The translations under genes were made by a program, and so were the position numbers. Positions 23,375 to 36,589 of a DNA stretch of 64,000 nt are shown here, piece after piece. A model generated the notes under the pieces. That model was not told the DNA's origin. It searched no databases and saw nothing but the letters and a program-made list of their open reading frames with translations. Position 1 is the first letter of the stretch. Every line of letters begins with the position of its first letter. Source of the stretch: Mytilus californianus (taxonomy: Eukaryota); assembly GCF_021869535.1 (NCBI RefSeq), contig NW_026262593.1:54002001-54066000 (forward strand). The letters run 5' to 3'.

Positions 23375-24899
23375 TACTGAGTGCCAATGAAAACGCAACA
23401 CTTGTAAATTTCAAATATTTAAAAAAAATATAAATATTTTTTTTAAATGATTACCTATATCGGTTTGCAAATGAACTTTCAGACTTCTTTCGACAACTTT
23501 ACGCTTGAATGATTTTAGAAAAAAAGTTACGTGCTTGGTTACAGAATAGGGAGGAGAGTCGAGTGTACCGCTATTTTACGCACGAGTGATTTTCTCATGT
23601 TTGTTTTTGAAAGCCTTGCTTAAGAATTGAAATTTCCCATCCTTTTTTGTAAGCCACTGCAATAAATTAAGACGCAGATGCCAAGACTTTCAGACTAACA
23701 GAGATATGAAGTTTGGAGCATGGTGCAAGGAGGCATTTCAAGTCGTGAAATTGCACGTTGAATGCAGTGTTCGGCCTCAACAATTACCAGACTCATCCAA
23801 AGATTCAAACAATTTGGGTCTTTGAATGATAGGCCACGTCCCGGAAGACAGGGAGCAACTACTGCCCAACAGGGCCGATACATTCGTCTTCAGCACCTGC
23901 GAGATCGTTTCCGTACGGCTGTCCAATCAACACGAGAGACTGTCGGCGTCCATAGGAGACAAATTTGAGCAAACACGGTAAGACGCCGTTTGCGCAGCAG
24001 TGGATTAAGGACACGGCGGCCTTTCCGTGGCAACATGCTGACAGCAGTACGACGCCAAAATCGCCTTAGATGGACACAACAGCGTCAGAGATGGTCACAC
24101 AGGCAATGGACAACTGTCTTATGGACGGACGAATCAAGATTCCATCTTCGCCGTAGTGATGGACGAACTCGTGTGTGGAGAAGAAGAGGAGAACGCTATG
24201 CAGATTCATGTATCCAAGAGACAGATCGTTGGGGTGGTGGTAGTGTCATGGTATGAGGAGGATTATCGTTCAACCATAAAACTCCACTTATCATTATCAA
24301 TGGCAATTTAAACGCCAAACGCTACATTGTTGAAGTTTTACGGCCGACCGTTATACCGTTTATGACTTGGCATCAAGATGTTAATCATTTTCAACAAGAT
24401 AACGCTCGTGCACACTCCGCACGACTCACAACTGCGTTCATCAATAACAACCATGTTCAGAAATTACCATGGCCAGCCTTTTCGCCGGATTTGAGTCCAA
24501 TTGAACACTTATGGGATCAAATTGGACAAACCGTAAGACGACGACAGCCACCACAATTTACGCTGCGCCAACTTGAAATTGCATTGCGGGAAGAATGGAC
24601 AAACATTCCACAGCACCGTATCCGACGTCTGCTCAGGTCAATGCCACGTCGTTGTAGAGATTGCGTTGCAGCACGCGGTGGACACATTCGTTATTGAGAC
24701 TGTGAGTAGTGAATTGTAGCGTTGTGTTGCATGAACGCATTGCATTCGAATCGTGGTAATTTGAAAATTTTTGTTTGACTTTTATCTTTAGATAAACCCA
24801 TTATCTGTCAGTAACAATTACTGTAAAGAAAATATTATTTTGTATAAAAATGATATTTTTAAAAAAAACAAAGTGTTGCATTTTTATTGGCAATCAGTA
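23375..24899 (+). mobile_element. Tc1-family DNA transposon (DD34E), full length but inactivated, in intron 1
   Basis: 29-bp TIRs with 26/29 match (TACTGAGTGCCAATGAAAACGCAACACTT) flanked by TA. Transposase frame 23678-24697 (339 codons) with WTDESRF, QQDNARAH, SPDLSPIEHLW and D-34-E spacing; four in-frame stops. Confidence 0.95.
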
Positions 24900-24974
24900 T
24901 ATTACAGACACAAGAAGCGCTATATTGTGTCTGTTTGTTTTGCTCACATATTGTTGTTAATATAATGGAATTTT

Positions 24975-25200
24975 AGGGCGACTGGCACACAAGTGAGAAA
25001 TTTAGCTATCTATAAAATCAGGTTTAATTCGCCATTTCGTCATAAGAAAATGTCTGTACCAATTCAGGAAAGAACAGTTGTTTTTCATTCGTTTGGTGTG
25101 TTTGAGTTGTTGATTTTACCATTTTATAACGGCCATTCCGTTTTGGATTTCCCTTGCAATTCGGTATTTTTGTTATGCTACTTTTGTTCTACTGTAGGTT
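24975..25200 (+). repeat. Family A repeat with degenerate twister
   Basis: Homologous to 41151-41350; T1 strand is AAT and T2 is GC/TT, so both pseudoknots are broken. Confidence 0.65.
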
Positions 25201-26769
25201 CTTCTAGGGTTAAAATTGAGCTAGAAAGAGCTATGACGTTTGATGATTCTAATATTAAACATATGGCCTGTTTACCAATCGACAAGATAAAAACAAATGT
25301 AGACCTTATGTTTGTTTAAGTGCAAAACGTTGTTTCAATTCCAATTTCTGCAGAAAATACTGAAAACATAGTCCATATTCTTGCCAGCTTTTACAAAAAG
25401 GTATCCTAATTCGAAGAAAATTTGATAGCTTATGCTGTAGTCATACCCACAAAACGTAGCAACATGGCAACAATTATAGTATATTCATGTACTTCTATGA
25501 AAAAATGTTTGGAGTTGACTTTCATGATAATTTTTTGGTCTTATCGAAAAGCAATAAAGATTTATTTACTGTTTTAAAGACCATACATGTATTTGAAAAT
25601 TTTAGAACGCATACCGGTTTATTTCAAGGGACCTATTGTCATCAGAGATCCTTCAAGATCTTACATAAAGAGATTAAACTAAAAACTGTGTATTCAATAC
25701 ACAGTATTTGTCTTGTACACGTATTTTATCGTGTGAAGGGTATGCGAGATGTAGGAATCATCTTAGTCACTAAGCAATTTCTGAAGGAAGACGGCGATGA
25801 AAATGATGTCTGAACAATAATACAAATGTATTACATGGCGTGTGGATATCACTCAGACTGATGCGGAATGTTTACACAAAGGGATAAACAATGTGAAGCA
25901 CGGTGTTCTTAAAATGTTGTGTCCTTTACATGTTAATTTTAAATTGCAGCAACTCTTTCTGAAGGGGTCCATACATGTAATAGACTGCTCGTGTCAAAAT
26001 TCATACCCTTACAATCTCAATGTTCATAACAAACAAATATACACTAACCAAAAGTACTTGATTTATACCATTGTATTCAGTTTCCTTGAGAAACATTTGA
26101 CGCCGGTATATAATTTTAAAAACAGAAACAAAATTATCTTCTTTTCTTTTGATTAAACGGTAAAGTTCAGAAATGTACACGTAATGTAAAGAATATCAAT
26201 TGAAACCAATTTTCTGTTTCGTCTCTGCCTTATTCTTGTTGGGCATTTGGTGATTACATTTTTTTTTATTCAAAACGACTTGAAAAAAAATTTCTATTGT
26301 TTACTCTTTCATTCAAGAGCAGCTATTTCTTGTTCTTTTTTTCCAATTCAGGCATTATTTTCTGACTTTTAATATACCCTCGTGAATTTGTTAAACATTA
26401 ATGACAATCTCAACTACTTCAAATTTAAAAAAAAAAATGCACATTTTGTCGATTCTTCGACCAGGCAAAAAATAAGTTAAAACATTTCTTAAACCGAAAG
26501 ATCCTAGCTTAATCTGCAGGTAGGGTGTTTCATTAAAGTGGAACATGTGTTAGCTATGTCACTTCACTTATTGACAAAAAAGGTCAGTTGAAAACAAGAT
26601 TTTAAAACACAAAGAGAATTAAATTTATCATTTTTTATTTCTTACTACATTAAGCTCAAAAGCATCAGATACAAGTTATAACAACATAGATAGCCCTGTC
26701 TTCTATCAAAGGGACAAAAAGAAACGATTTAGCTTCCAAATTATGAGTTTCCGGTTCATTGTATTAACA

Positions 26770-27270
26770 TTCAAGCGGCGCCCTGCTAATAGATTATATA
26801 TCTCCAAGTCAATACAATACTCAAAGGCTTGCGTTTACTGTAACAATTTCCATGACAATGGTTTGATGCTTGTAAATGAACTATTAAACCAAGAGCTCCG
26901 AGTGATTGAAATCATCCCATAGACAATTTTAGGAACGCCTTCACGAGAGGTTTGCCCGTTATGGAATATATGTTTCTAACGGTTATGTTCCAATTGTCGA
27001 ATCGTTTATCCTCTTTTCTTTACCTAGAATGTGACCTACCAAATCTGACTAATCACCGAGTTTATACTAACCTGATCAACACGACGAGTGACATATGCGG
27101 AGCAGGATGTGCTTTCCCTTTGTTAGCACCTGGTTTGATGTACGGTTTTTGGTAGGGTTCGTGTTGCACAGTGCTTAGTTTTTTATGTTGTGTTTCGGTT
27201 TTACTCATGGCATAGTCAGTTTGTATTCGACATATGATTTTGAATATCCTATTGGTATATTTCTCCTCTC
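26770..27270 (+). mobile_element. 5'-truncated PLE-type retroelement, family D
   Basis: Decayed RT C-terminus (GAPANRLYISKSIQYSKAC...ELLNQ) followed by a 3' region that is the reverse complement of the repeat at 44400-44620. Confidence 0.6.
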
Positions 27271-27464
27271 TTAATTATATTAACTGAATTATGTTGTGTG
27301 TACTTTATGCTTACATACACTTTCTTTTCATATATTTAGCATGTTCAGTTAGACTACTTTCTCATTGACAGACAATTATTACAAGTTTTTCAACTTATCA
27401 AAGAACATTACAAAAGGTGCAAACAAGATGTTTAATTAACCAGATTTATAGAACTAATACGTAC

Positions 27465-27693
27465 CACTACGGGGACACAGTAGGTTCCATTGAGCTGCAT
27501 TAATGACACGCTTCTTTTTCAAGTCAAGAAGTTTTCCCATGTCCTGTTTAATTGAGGCTTCTAAGCAAGAAGGGTGGAACTCATTATCAAATAATACACG
27601 CACAGCCCTTGGAGAAATGCCAGTTAGTAACAAATTCATTCTCAAATAGTTCTCTTCTTCTTCAGAAACATGTGATATATCAGCAGTTGCCAT
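27465..27693 (-). CDS. Coding exon 1: N-terminal part of DZIP3-like HEPN domain
   Basis: MATADISHVSEEEENYLRMNLLLTGISPRAVRVLFDNEFHPSCL...AAQWNLLCPRS; donor G|GTACGT at 27465/27464, phase 1. Possible upstream acceptor CTTGTAG at 27711-27717. Confidence 0.85.
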
Positions 27694-28418
27694 TTTTTCT
27701 TAATCTTAATCTACAAGATGTTCCTTAAATCTAATGTTCAGGTTTGTAACGATGCTGCTGCCTAAAAGTTACATAATTACCATTGGTTTTTTTCTATAAT
27801 GCTGTTTGTAAATTCAATATACTTTGGTGATTTCATTTGTCTCGCTTAATACCAGTAGACAGGACTGTTAACTGGTACTCAATGACTGTTTTCCTTATTG
27901 CCTAATAATTCGAATATTCTTGGGAGTTCTAGTTCTTTTTACCATTAATCAATATAACCTCCTTTACCAGCATGAACTGAAAATGCAGAAAAAAAGGTAA
28001 TGATAAAAAATAAATAATAAGAAGTCTCCTTACACATCATGCCCTCCCTCACCATCCTTTTGTCCATGTTCAGGTAACCATGAACACTATTTTTCATATA
28101 ACTTGAAATGTTCAACTCACAATGAAGATAAGTGCTTAGACTCAAGTTTATATGACCAATCAAACTTCATAGTATAAACTACATTAACCTTAGCATTAAT
28201 CACTAGTTTTCAGTCATCACATTTCTCAGTAAACCGTGTAATCGGGTTAAAAACCATTATTTAGCATATAATTTAACTAGGTCACATCATAATAAACATA
28301 TTTTCAAAGTTTCAAGTTGATGTGATCTTAATGGTAAATACCTATGCCAAAACATTACCTGATATAGGACTGACCAGAGAAAAGACGGACGGATCACTAG
28401 TAAATGAATTTTAATTTA

Positions 28419-28707
28419 AAACGGTCATTTTAATTTCCACTGCGATTGATTAAGTACTGCTGAGACCATACGCTTGAGTCAATTCAGTAATGTTCAGTAC
28501 TGATTAGTAGCCTTTCAGACAATTCAGTATAATGTTGATGTATACAGGTAAATATTAGCTAATGAACAGTCTGAAAATAGACTGTACATATCTTAATTGA
28601 CTGCTAAAGAAATGTCTGAACAGTAATGAATTGACTGTTAAACTTAAAATGACAGAACAATATATTGTTCAGTCTATTAAGCGCTGTTCCTATCAAAATG
28701 ACCGTTT
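28419..28707. mobile_element. MITE ~0.7 kb upstream of the gene start codon
   Basis: 13-bp perfect TIR AAACGGTCATTTT/AAAATGACCGTTT; a related end fragment lies at ~38495-38540. Confidence 0.6.
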
Positions 28708-29389
28708 AGGTTCAAAATAACTAATGAATGCCCAGACTCAATACAAATTGCTTTTTATATACTTCCTGAATTATTTTTTCATTGCCTACACATGAAATTG
28801 TGATATATTCAGCAGAAAAGTTAAGCTGAAAAGTTTAATGCCTGAACTTCTTTATACATGTGATACTTTAATTGCAAATTTGTTTTACTCAGAAGAGGTA
28901 AAATTGGATTGGAAATCTTTAGTTATGAAGCTGTTCAACAGCATTGATGGAAAAACAGTAATACCTTTGTGTATGTTTACTTTTTAGTGTACTTTCGTCG
29001 TTTTCTGGCCTTCTACCCAAATTGTTTTATAGATAAGTAGGTTTTTTTTTTATAAAAACACAGATTGTCACGGCAGTCTCTTTCTTTTATCATGTAAATA
29101 AAATCCCTGAATGGCGTTTCTGCAAATTTCCCCATATTTTAATAACAAGCTTTATTTTCAGATTGGTGGAATAGCAGCCATTGTTTTCAACAGAAGCGTT
29201 GCCTAGGTATTTCACATTAAACAAATTTATTAAGCAAATTTTCAATAAAAGAAAACAATTACATACACGTAGCAGTGTATATTATTTATATGACAATCCT
29301 TAAAGCATTTTCTGTCGAAGTACATTTTAGAAATAAAGTAAACTTTTTATACCTTAAACAAAAAGGCGAGTACGAGGAAACCGAGTTGG

Positions 29390-30993
29390 GCTTTTTTTAT
29401 ACACACGTCCCTATTATTCAATTGAAATTTAAATGTTTATGTTAACCAGATAGCAAAAGATTGATATACCTACGGTAGATATACGTCACAGTTTATTGTG
29501 CACAAGGAAACAAATCGCACAGTATTTGTAATATGAGCCTATAGAAAATTTTCATTACATAAGGAAGAAACTTGTGTATAATCAGGAATATTGGCTAACA
29601 TTTCGATTACTCATCAACTTTGGTACATATTATCTTTCATTTTCAATACATTTATACTTGTATAATATTGAATTGGTATATTTGAATCAAGCAGGTTTTG
29701 ACATTTGCAGTAACATCTATATGCCTAACACTCGTTGTAAGTTCAGATAATATCATTAATATTCAACAAAGACTAAAGACTGATGGGTGATATTAGAAAT
29801 GTTATAGTTTTGTTTTAAATTTCTGTAAAAACAAAGCTTTGTCTTTACATATATAAATAGAACAAAATTATACTTATGAATCTGGGATGAACGACAAAGC
29901 GAAAACCAGTATACAGTTTTGAACGTATAACTCAAACTGTCAGATTACAAATGTTATGTAAAACTTGAATGCAAAGTAAATTCTCTGATTTAATTTAGAT
30001 TTCATATGCCTTATTCTTTTTCAGAGCTTAAATTTCATGACCAGAATATCCCTAAATCGAATAAGTGAACATGTCCACTGTTGTGTAGACTATATGGCCA
30101 TATTGTATGCATTAACAATGGACAGATTTGTGTAAAATTTACAGAACATTAGTACTTGTTGTTTCTTGTTTGAATGGTAATTGTTTCCTACTTCTATTTT
30201 TTGTAATTTTTGTTATCAAAATGAATAGCCAGTGCTTGCGATTCAGTGGTGATTGCTTTCTTATCAAAATATTTTGGATTGCTCTCCTATTCCTCCTTCC
30301 ATCATAAGTTTATTTAGTTTAGAACAATTGTGTTGCTGGTTCATGTGCCAATTTTCTTGCATTTTCCGTAACTATTGAATTATAAAGAAATTGTTACTGC
30401 CCTGATATTATTTCAAGAGTTTTAAACTCCCAGTACATTTGAAAAACAATTCTCTTCTGCAGTACATATACAAAATGGCGTCTATTAGGAAATAATGTCG
30501 AACTATTCTTATACACACGCTACATTTTTTCTATTGAAATATTAATGTTTCTATTACCCAGATACAGAATACTAATATACCTAAGGTAAATATATACGTC
30601 ACAGTTCATTGTGCACAAGGAAACAAATCTCACAGTATGTATTTGAAATATGAACTTATAGAAAATTTTGCTTATCAATGGAAGAAACTTGTGTATAATC
30701 AAGATTGACTAACATTTCGATTACTCATTAACTCTGGTCTATAATATCTTTCATATTCAGTATATTTCTACTTATATGATATTGAATTGGTATATTTGAA
30801 TCAAGCATGTTTTGTATTTCCAGTTACATCTATATGCGTTAATGATTACAGTTTAAGCAAATTGCCTTACACCCGTTGTAATTCAGATGATATCATTTGT
30901 ATAACATAAAGACTAAAGACTGGTGAATGGTATAATAAATATTAAAGTTTTGTTTTGTATTTCTGTTAAAAAAAAGCTTTGTCCTTTCATATG

Positions 30994-31053
<60 letters not shown>

Positions 31054-33000
31054 TCTAATGAATCTGGGATAAACGACAAAACGAAAACAATTATACAGGT
31101 TTCAACGGACATCTTAAACTGTCAGATTACAAATTTGATATTAGACGTTGCATGTAAAGTACCTTCTCTGTTTAAAATTCCACATGCCTTTTTTTATTCA
31201 GAGCTTAAATGTACTGACCAGAATATCTATAAAAGAAATAAGTGAACATGTCCACTGTTTGGTAGACTATACATGTATGACCGTATTATATGCATTTACA
31301 ATGGACATATTTTGTGAATGATTAACAGTACATAAGTACTTGTTGTTTCTTGATTGAAAGATATCTGCTTTTTTGTAATTTTTGTTATAAAAAAAAACAG
31401 CCAGTGATTGAATTTCTGTTATCAGTGGTGATTGCTTTTCTTATCAAAATATCTTAGATTGCTCTCCTATTCCTCTTTCTATCATTTATTTTGTTTAGAA
31501 AAATTGTGTTGCTTGTTCATGTGCCCATTTTCTTGCATTTTCCGTGACTATTGAATTTTTAAGAAATTGTTACTGCTACTTGAGTTTTAAACTCCCAGTA
31601 TGTTTAAAAAATAAATCACATCTACAGTACTTATACAAAATGGCGACTATGAGGAAACAGTGTCGAACAATTTGTATACACACGCTACTTTTATACTATT
31701 GAAGTTTAAATGAGAATTGTCTGGTAGTTTGATATATTGCTGTCAAATTTAAGGATTTACATAATAGGTAAAAAAAAAGCTAGAATTTTCAGTTCGGACT
31801 AAATTCAGACAGTCACTTTTAATTTTTTTTATAACTTTTCCAAATAAACTTAGATTTTCATAAAAATCTATAGCTGTCTCAATTATACATTGATCTTACA
31901 GAATGCCAGGTTGTTTGGTTGTTCTATTGACATTTAAATGTTAACATTTAAATGTAAAACTGTGCCAATTATAAACCGTCTGCCATACACTCGGTAAATG
32001 TTAAGATATTTTCAATAGTATGGCATTCTAAAGGCTAATGTACTGTTTGAGAAATGATAATGTTTCGTTTTATATTTCTGTTAACAAAACTTTGGGTATA
32101 TTCATACCAATTCAAGTTTCTATTCATTCTAGATAGCTTTTATATCATATTAATATAAAAATTGTAGACCAATGCATAAGTTTCCAACCGATATCATAAA
32201 CTCTTAATCAACAAATATTATATTCGATGTTGCATATTACATATTAATTTGATCAGCAATTTCACTGATCCTTAATTTAAATTTGAAAGCTTGGTTTTAA
32301 AGATTCAATTTCATGGCCAGAATATTTATCAATGAAATAATTGAACAGGTCAAATGATATGTAGAAGAAAGGGCAATATAAGATCCATTCATAGTACACA
32401 CTATTTGTGAAAAATCAACCAGTCAAATGAACATTGGTACATGTTGATTCTTGCTTCAAAGAAAATGGCTTACTACTTATTATTTCTGTGCATTACTTAA
32501 ATGAATAGCCAGTGATAAAAATTACTTACCAGTGGTATTTTGTTTTCTTTTCAAAATTGTTTCTCTTGCTCTCATGTTCTACGTTCTATCATATATTTGT
32601 CATGTTAAAACAATTTTGTTTCTGGTTTATTTGCCTATTGTCTTACAATTTTCCGTGTTTATTGGATTATAATGTAATTGTAATTATAACCTGATACTAT
32701 TTCCTGATTGTTTAACTCTTTGAACGTTTTATAAATAAATCACAATACACAAAATGGCGACTATAAGGAAACAGTGTCGAACTACTTTTATACACCCACT
32801 ACTATTATTCTATTGAAATGTAAATGTTTCGTTTAGCTTGACAACAAAAGAATTCGAGATCTACGGTAGAAACACGTTATAGTTCAATGAGCACACGATA
32901 AAAAATCACAGTATTTGAAATATCGACTCACAGAAAACTATCCTTCAGTATAAATAGAAGAAACTTGAAAACTTATTTTACTTTTTATATATCATTAAGA
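29390..33000. repeat. Diverged tandem duplication, ~1.1-1.17 kb period, about 3-4 units
   Basis: Marker ATACAC(A/C)C... at ~29399, ~30511, ~31676 and ~32790, with shared downstream blocks such as GTGCACAAGGAAACAAATC, ACTAAAGACTG and GATTGCTCTCCTATTCC. Confidence 0.8.
30994..31047. repeat. Compound (TA)n(AG)n microsatellite
   Basis: Direct reading; expanded only in the second unit of the tandem duplication. Confidence 0.95.
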
Positions 33001-34603
33001 TTAAAGGCAACATTTATTATTAATCTGACATGCATTTAAATTGTTCTTCAACTCTGAAACATATTATTGCTCATTGTCAAAATATTTGTGCTTATATAAT
33101 ATTGTACATGTTGTAATAGTTTTAAAAAAATTACAACACAACAAAAAAACCTCAAGATTTAATTACCGTCAAAGTCCAGTGAAAAAGCTACAATTTTCTT
33201 TTATAAAAGCGGAGGATTACGTGATTACAGAGGCATTAGCTGTGATGTGTTGTTGGAATCCAATACTATTGGATACTCTTAACTGCTCGTTGATTACGCT
33301 TCGATCACTTTTCTGTTGATATAATTGTTTGCTTGATAAACATCAGGTTTATCAAGATATGGCGAGGTGCTCGCACTGGTATATAGAGTCAGCCTCTTCA
33401 AAACCGAACAGATATGATTCATGGAAAACATATGTGCATTGTCTTCTTTAACAAACAATGCCTGGTATCGTCTAAATGACGCTTTATGTATTAATTCGAT
33501 GTCTTTCTTTTAATTATCAATGTTTTCATCAATCATATTATAATTTTATATAACTTTTACTAATAATGAATAAGAGTTTATGATCCAAAACTAAAAGAGT
33601 ATCAAATGATGTTTCTTGTACTTTGTGATATATCAAGGTATGTTAATTTTTTATTTCTACGAATACGGCATTCTATTTTTCATGTGCAGTCGGTTGATAG
33701 ATACAAACTAATATAATCAAAGCTTCAGTTGCATGCAGTATGATGAAAATAATAAAAGGAACAAAGATGTTACTAACAAAGTTCATAACCAGGATACAAA
33801 TTGTGTACGTGTAGAAAACTTTAGATTAAAAAACAGCTATCAATATTACAGATTGTTGCATAATTGTAAGGTCATCCAGCAAAGAAATTCGTTAAACTTC
33901 TGCTATGTTTCTTCTTAAACTAATGAGAGAGTGTACAATTTTGTATCATGAAGAAGACTTTACTAGTGAGATGAAGACCAACATTAACATAACAAGCGGA
34001 TTAAGAATATCTTGATGTATTTAGTAATCTGCAAATGTTACCATTAAAAGGAATAGACCTTGCTACTATTTACATGTTACGATCAGTTTTTTTTATGTTT
34101 TTTTCTAGTCGACTTTTATTGTCTTTGTTTGTTTAGTATTCAATTTGAGTTCAGTAGACATAATATAACACTTAATCTGGACATGGTATATGATTGAGAT
34201 TATTTGGAATTATGCATTTTAAATATATGCACTTAGATTGTATTGGCTATATTCAGATATATGTGGACATGTACTTTCCGTTAAATGAATTTGAGTTATA
34301 TCCCTTTGTACACCATATTGTCTATGTATTTATGTTTGGTTATTTGTGTACTTTCAGGGTTATCTATTTATGTCATTTTTAATAAATATCTGTGAACTAG
34401 ACGACTTACTTTTTTCCAAAACGAACGCAGTTACAAATAAGAAATAAATTTTTACAAAACTAAGATTTTTTCGAAAAAAAGAGAATTTTCTACCCCAAGA
34501 TTATCTCATTTATATATGTCTAAACCATTCGGAATTTTTGGTCCCCTATGCGCCTCAAATTCGTACTTTATTTGGCCTTTTAATGTTTTTGTCTTTTGAA
34601 TCG

Positions 34604-34643
34604 AGCGTAACTGACGAGTCTTCTGAAGACGAAACTCTGACGT
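34604..34643 (+). ncRNA. Degenerate hammerhead ribozyme (family B)
   Basis: CTGACGA-GTCTT/CTG/AAGAC-GAAA is present, but the stem III palindrome CGCGCG is deleted. Confidence 0.55.
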
Positions 34644-36589
34644 ACACAATTTTTATCCTGGTATCTTGGATGAGTTTCTATACATTCGTTTTGTAAAGCA
34701 TGTATTGATTATAAAAATCTTCTCGAAGTCTTCAACTAGTTCATATCAGGCCATAAAGTAATAAATAACTTCCCCTTTATTTTGTCAGAAAACAGATTAA
34801 CAAGTTACACACATCATATCAATTTGTTCCTAGCTATATTATCTAGTTGTTACCGGATACGTAATAATATACTGCCATTTTGTTTGCTTTAAGAATGTTA
34901 AGAAAGATCAAATGTCATTTTTTGGGAGTTTGTCATTTATTTTATGGGATATAAGTAGACTGACAAAGTCTGACAAATGCGAACAATGTCAACAAATATT
35001 TGTCTATTTACAGACATAAATTGATTGCTTGCTGTACAAATGCTGTATATAAAACAAATCGCTTGAAATATTTACACATATGCATCATCTATGTTTAACT
35101 ATTAATAATACACTAAAGTAAATTTTCAAAGACTTACTATTCATAAATGTTCAAATATTTACATAAGATTTGAAACGTAAGGGAGGATATTTCCATTAAA
35201 TGAAATCATTGTTCTAACGTATCACTTTTCATCAAATTATATTCGTTTTTGGACACTGCACAATGGATTTGAATAGTTTACGGGAATTATGCACTCGATA
35301 GTATTAAACACACGACCCCCTGTTAATTTCCGCTTTTAAAGTCCTACAAACTGACCTTACTGCACAAGAACTTTTATGGTTATACTTTTATCAAGGACAT
35401 TAACAGTTTTTGAAAAAGCTTTCGTAGGTAAAAAAAAATGTGGACTTTTAGGATAAAAATTCTATGAATAAAAGTTAAAATCATGAAGCAATTACATGAT
35501 GCATACAAAAATGTCAGCATATCAAATGGACATTCTAATTTATCTAAAATACAAAAAAGTACGTTATTTTATTAATGCGTTGTAACATACTACATGTACA
35601 TGATCATGATGTATATCTGCGCTGTGATCCTGAGGTGATTTAAAATTGAATCCCTCTTTTTATTTTCCAATCTACCTATGTCTAATCTTAAAACTTTGTT
35701 TTTCATTTGACATGTTTGACAACTAAATCTTATCTATATAACAAAATCCAAACTGAAATTTAAAAACATAAGTTAATCTTTATCCGTCATTTTTTTAGTT
35801 TTTTAATTTGACAGTAGCAAATCTAAATTAGGTAAGAATTTCAAATTCTGATGAACTCTTATCACTATAACCTCTATGATTTTGTTAAATTTCACATGAC
35901 ACTCTAGTAGTAAAATATGTCGAGTTATTTTTATGACCGTGACAGCGGGGTAAATAGAAACCGTCAACCAAACCATATCAAAATTAACCTGTTAAATCGC
36001 AATCTAAGTTATGTATTGATGCCTGGATATATATGGATAGCTGTGAAACTCCCAGTAGCACATATTAGAGGCAAAAGCAGTAAAACGCTATTGATGAAGG
36101 AAACAATGTTAAAGAATACGATTACCCGCATTTTTTTACAGTATATCTGATTACCAAAAAGGTATCACGGAAAATGATACGGATATTCATCCTCTTTTAC
36201 GGGGAACACCTTCCTTTTATTAAATGCTGATCAAACGAGAATATGTTCATGTAATATGAGTGTGGATACTGCATTGTCTTAGATCGACAGGACCGGTCGT
36301 ACTTTAAACGTTTTAGTTCAATGGAAGACATGTCACACTAGCCTTACGCAGGCACATTTTTATGACATCAAGCCGATAAGCATGTCCTATGTTTCTGTGT
36401 ATTATTGATATGTGGTAAGCGGAGAAGATGAAAATACTACATAACAAGTTTTTTTGGTTGATCCGGTCAGGTATCGAACTCACGACCTCAACTCACTAGA
36501 CGCAAACATTATACAACGAGACCTTCCAGGCGGTGGTGAGCTAACCTTTAGGACCAGTGTTGGGTTGATGAACATTTTCTTGTGTATCA

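Larger units (their letters stand above)
8059..27693 (-). pseudogene. HEPN(DZIP3-like)-STAND NTPase (nSTAND3-like)-ankyrin repeat gene, disrupted copy
   Basis: Four exons with GT/AG borders and matching phases (1,0,1). HEPN RxxxxH motif RNQLAH; Walker A ASSGVGKT; Walker B FVIDD; ~60-66 ankyrin repeats. In-frame TAA at 17123-17125 and 14763-14765; frameshifts at ~10513 and ~8940; multiple lesions in 8060-8870. Confidence 0.85.
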
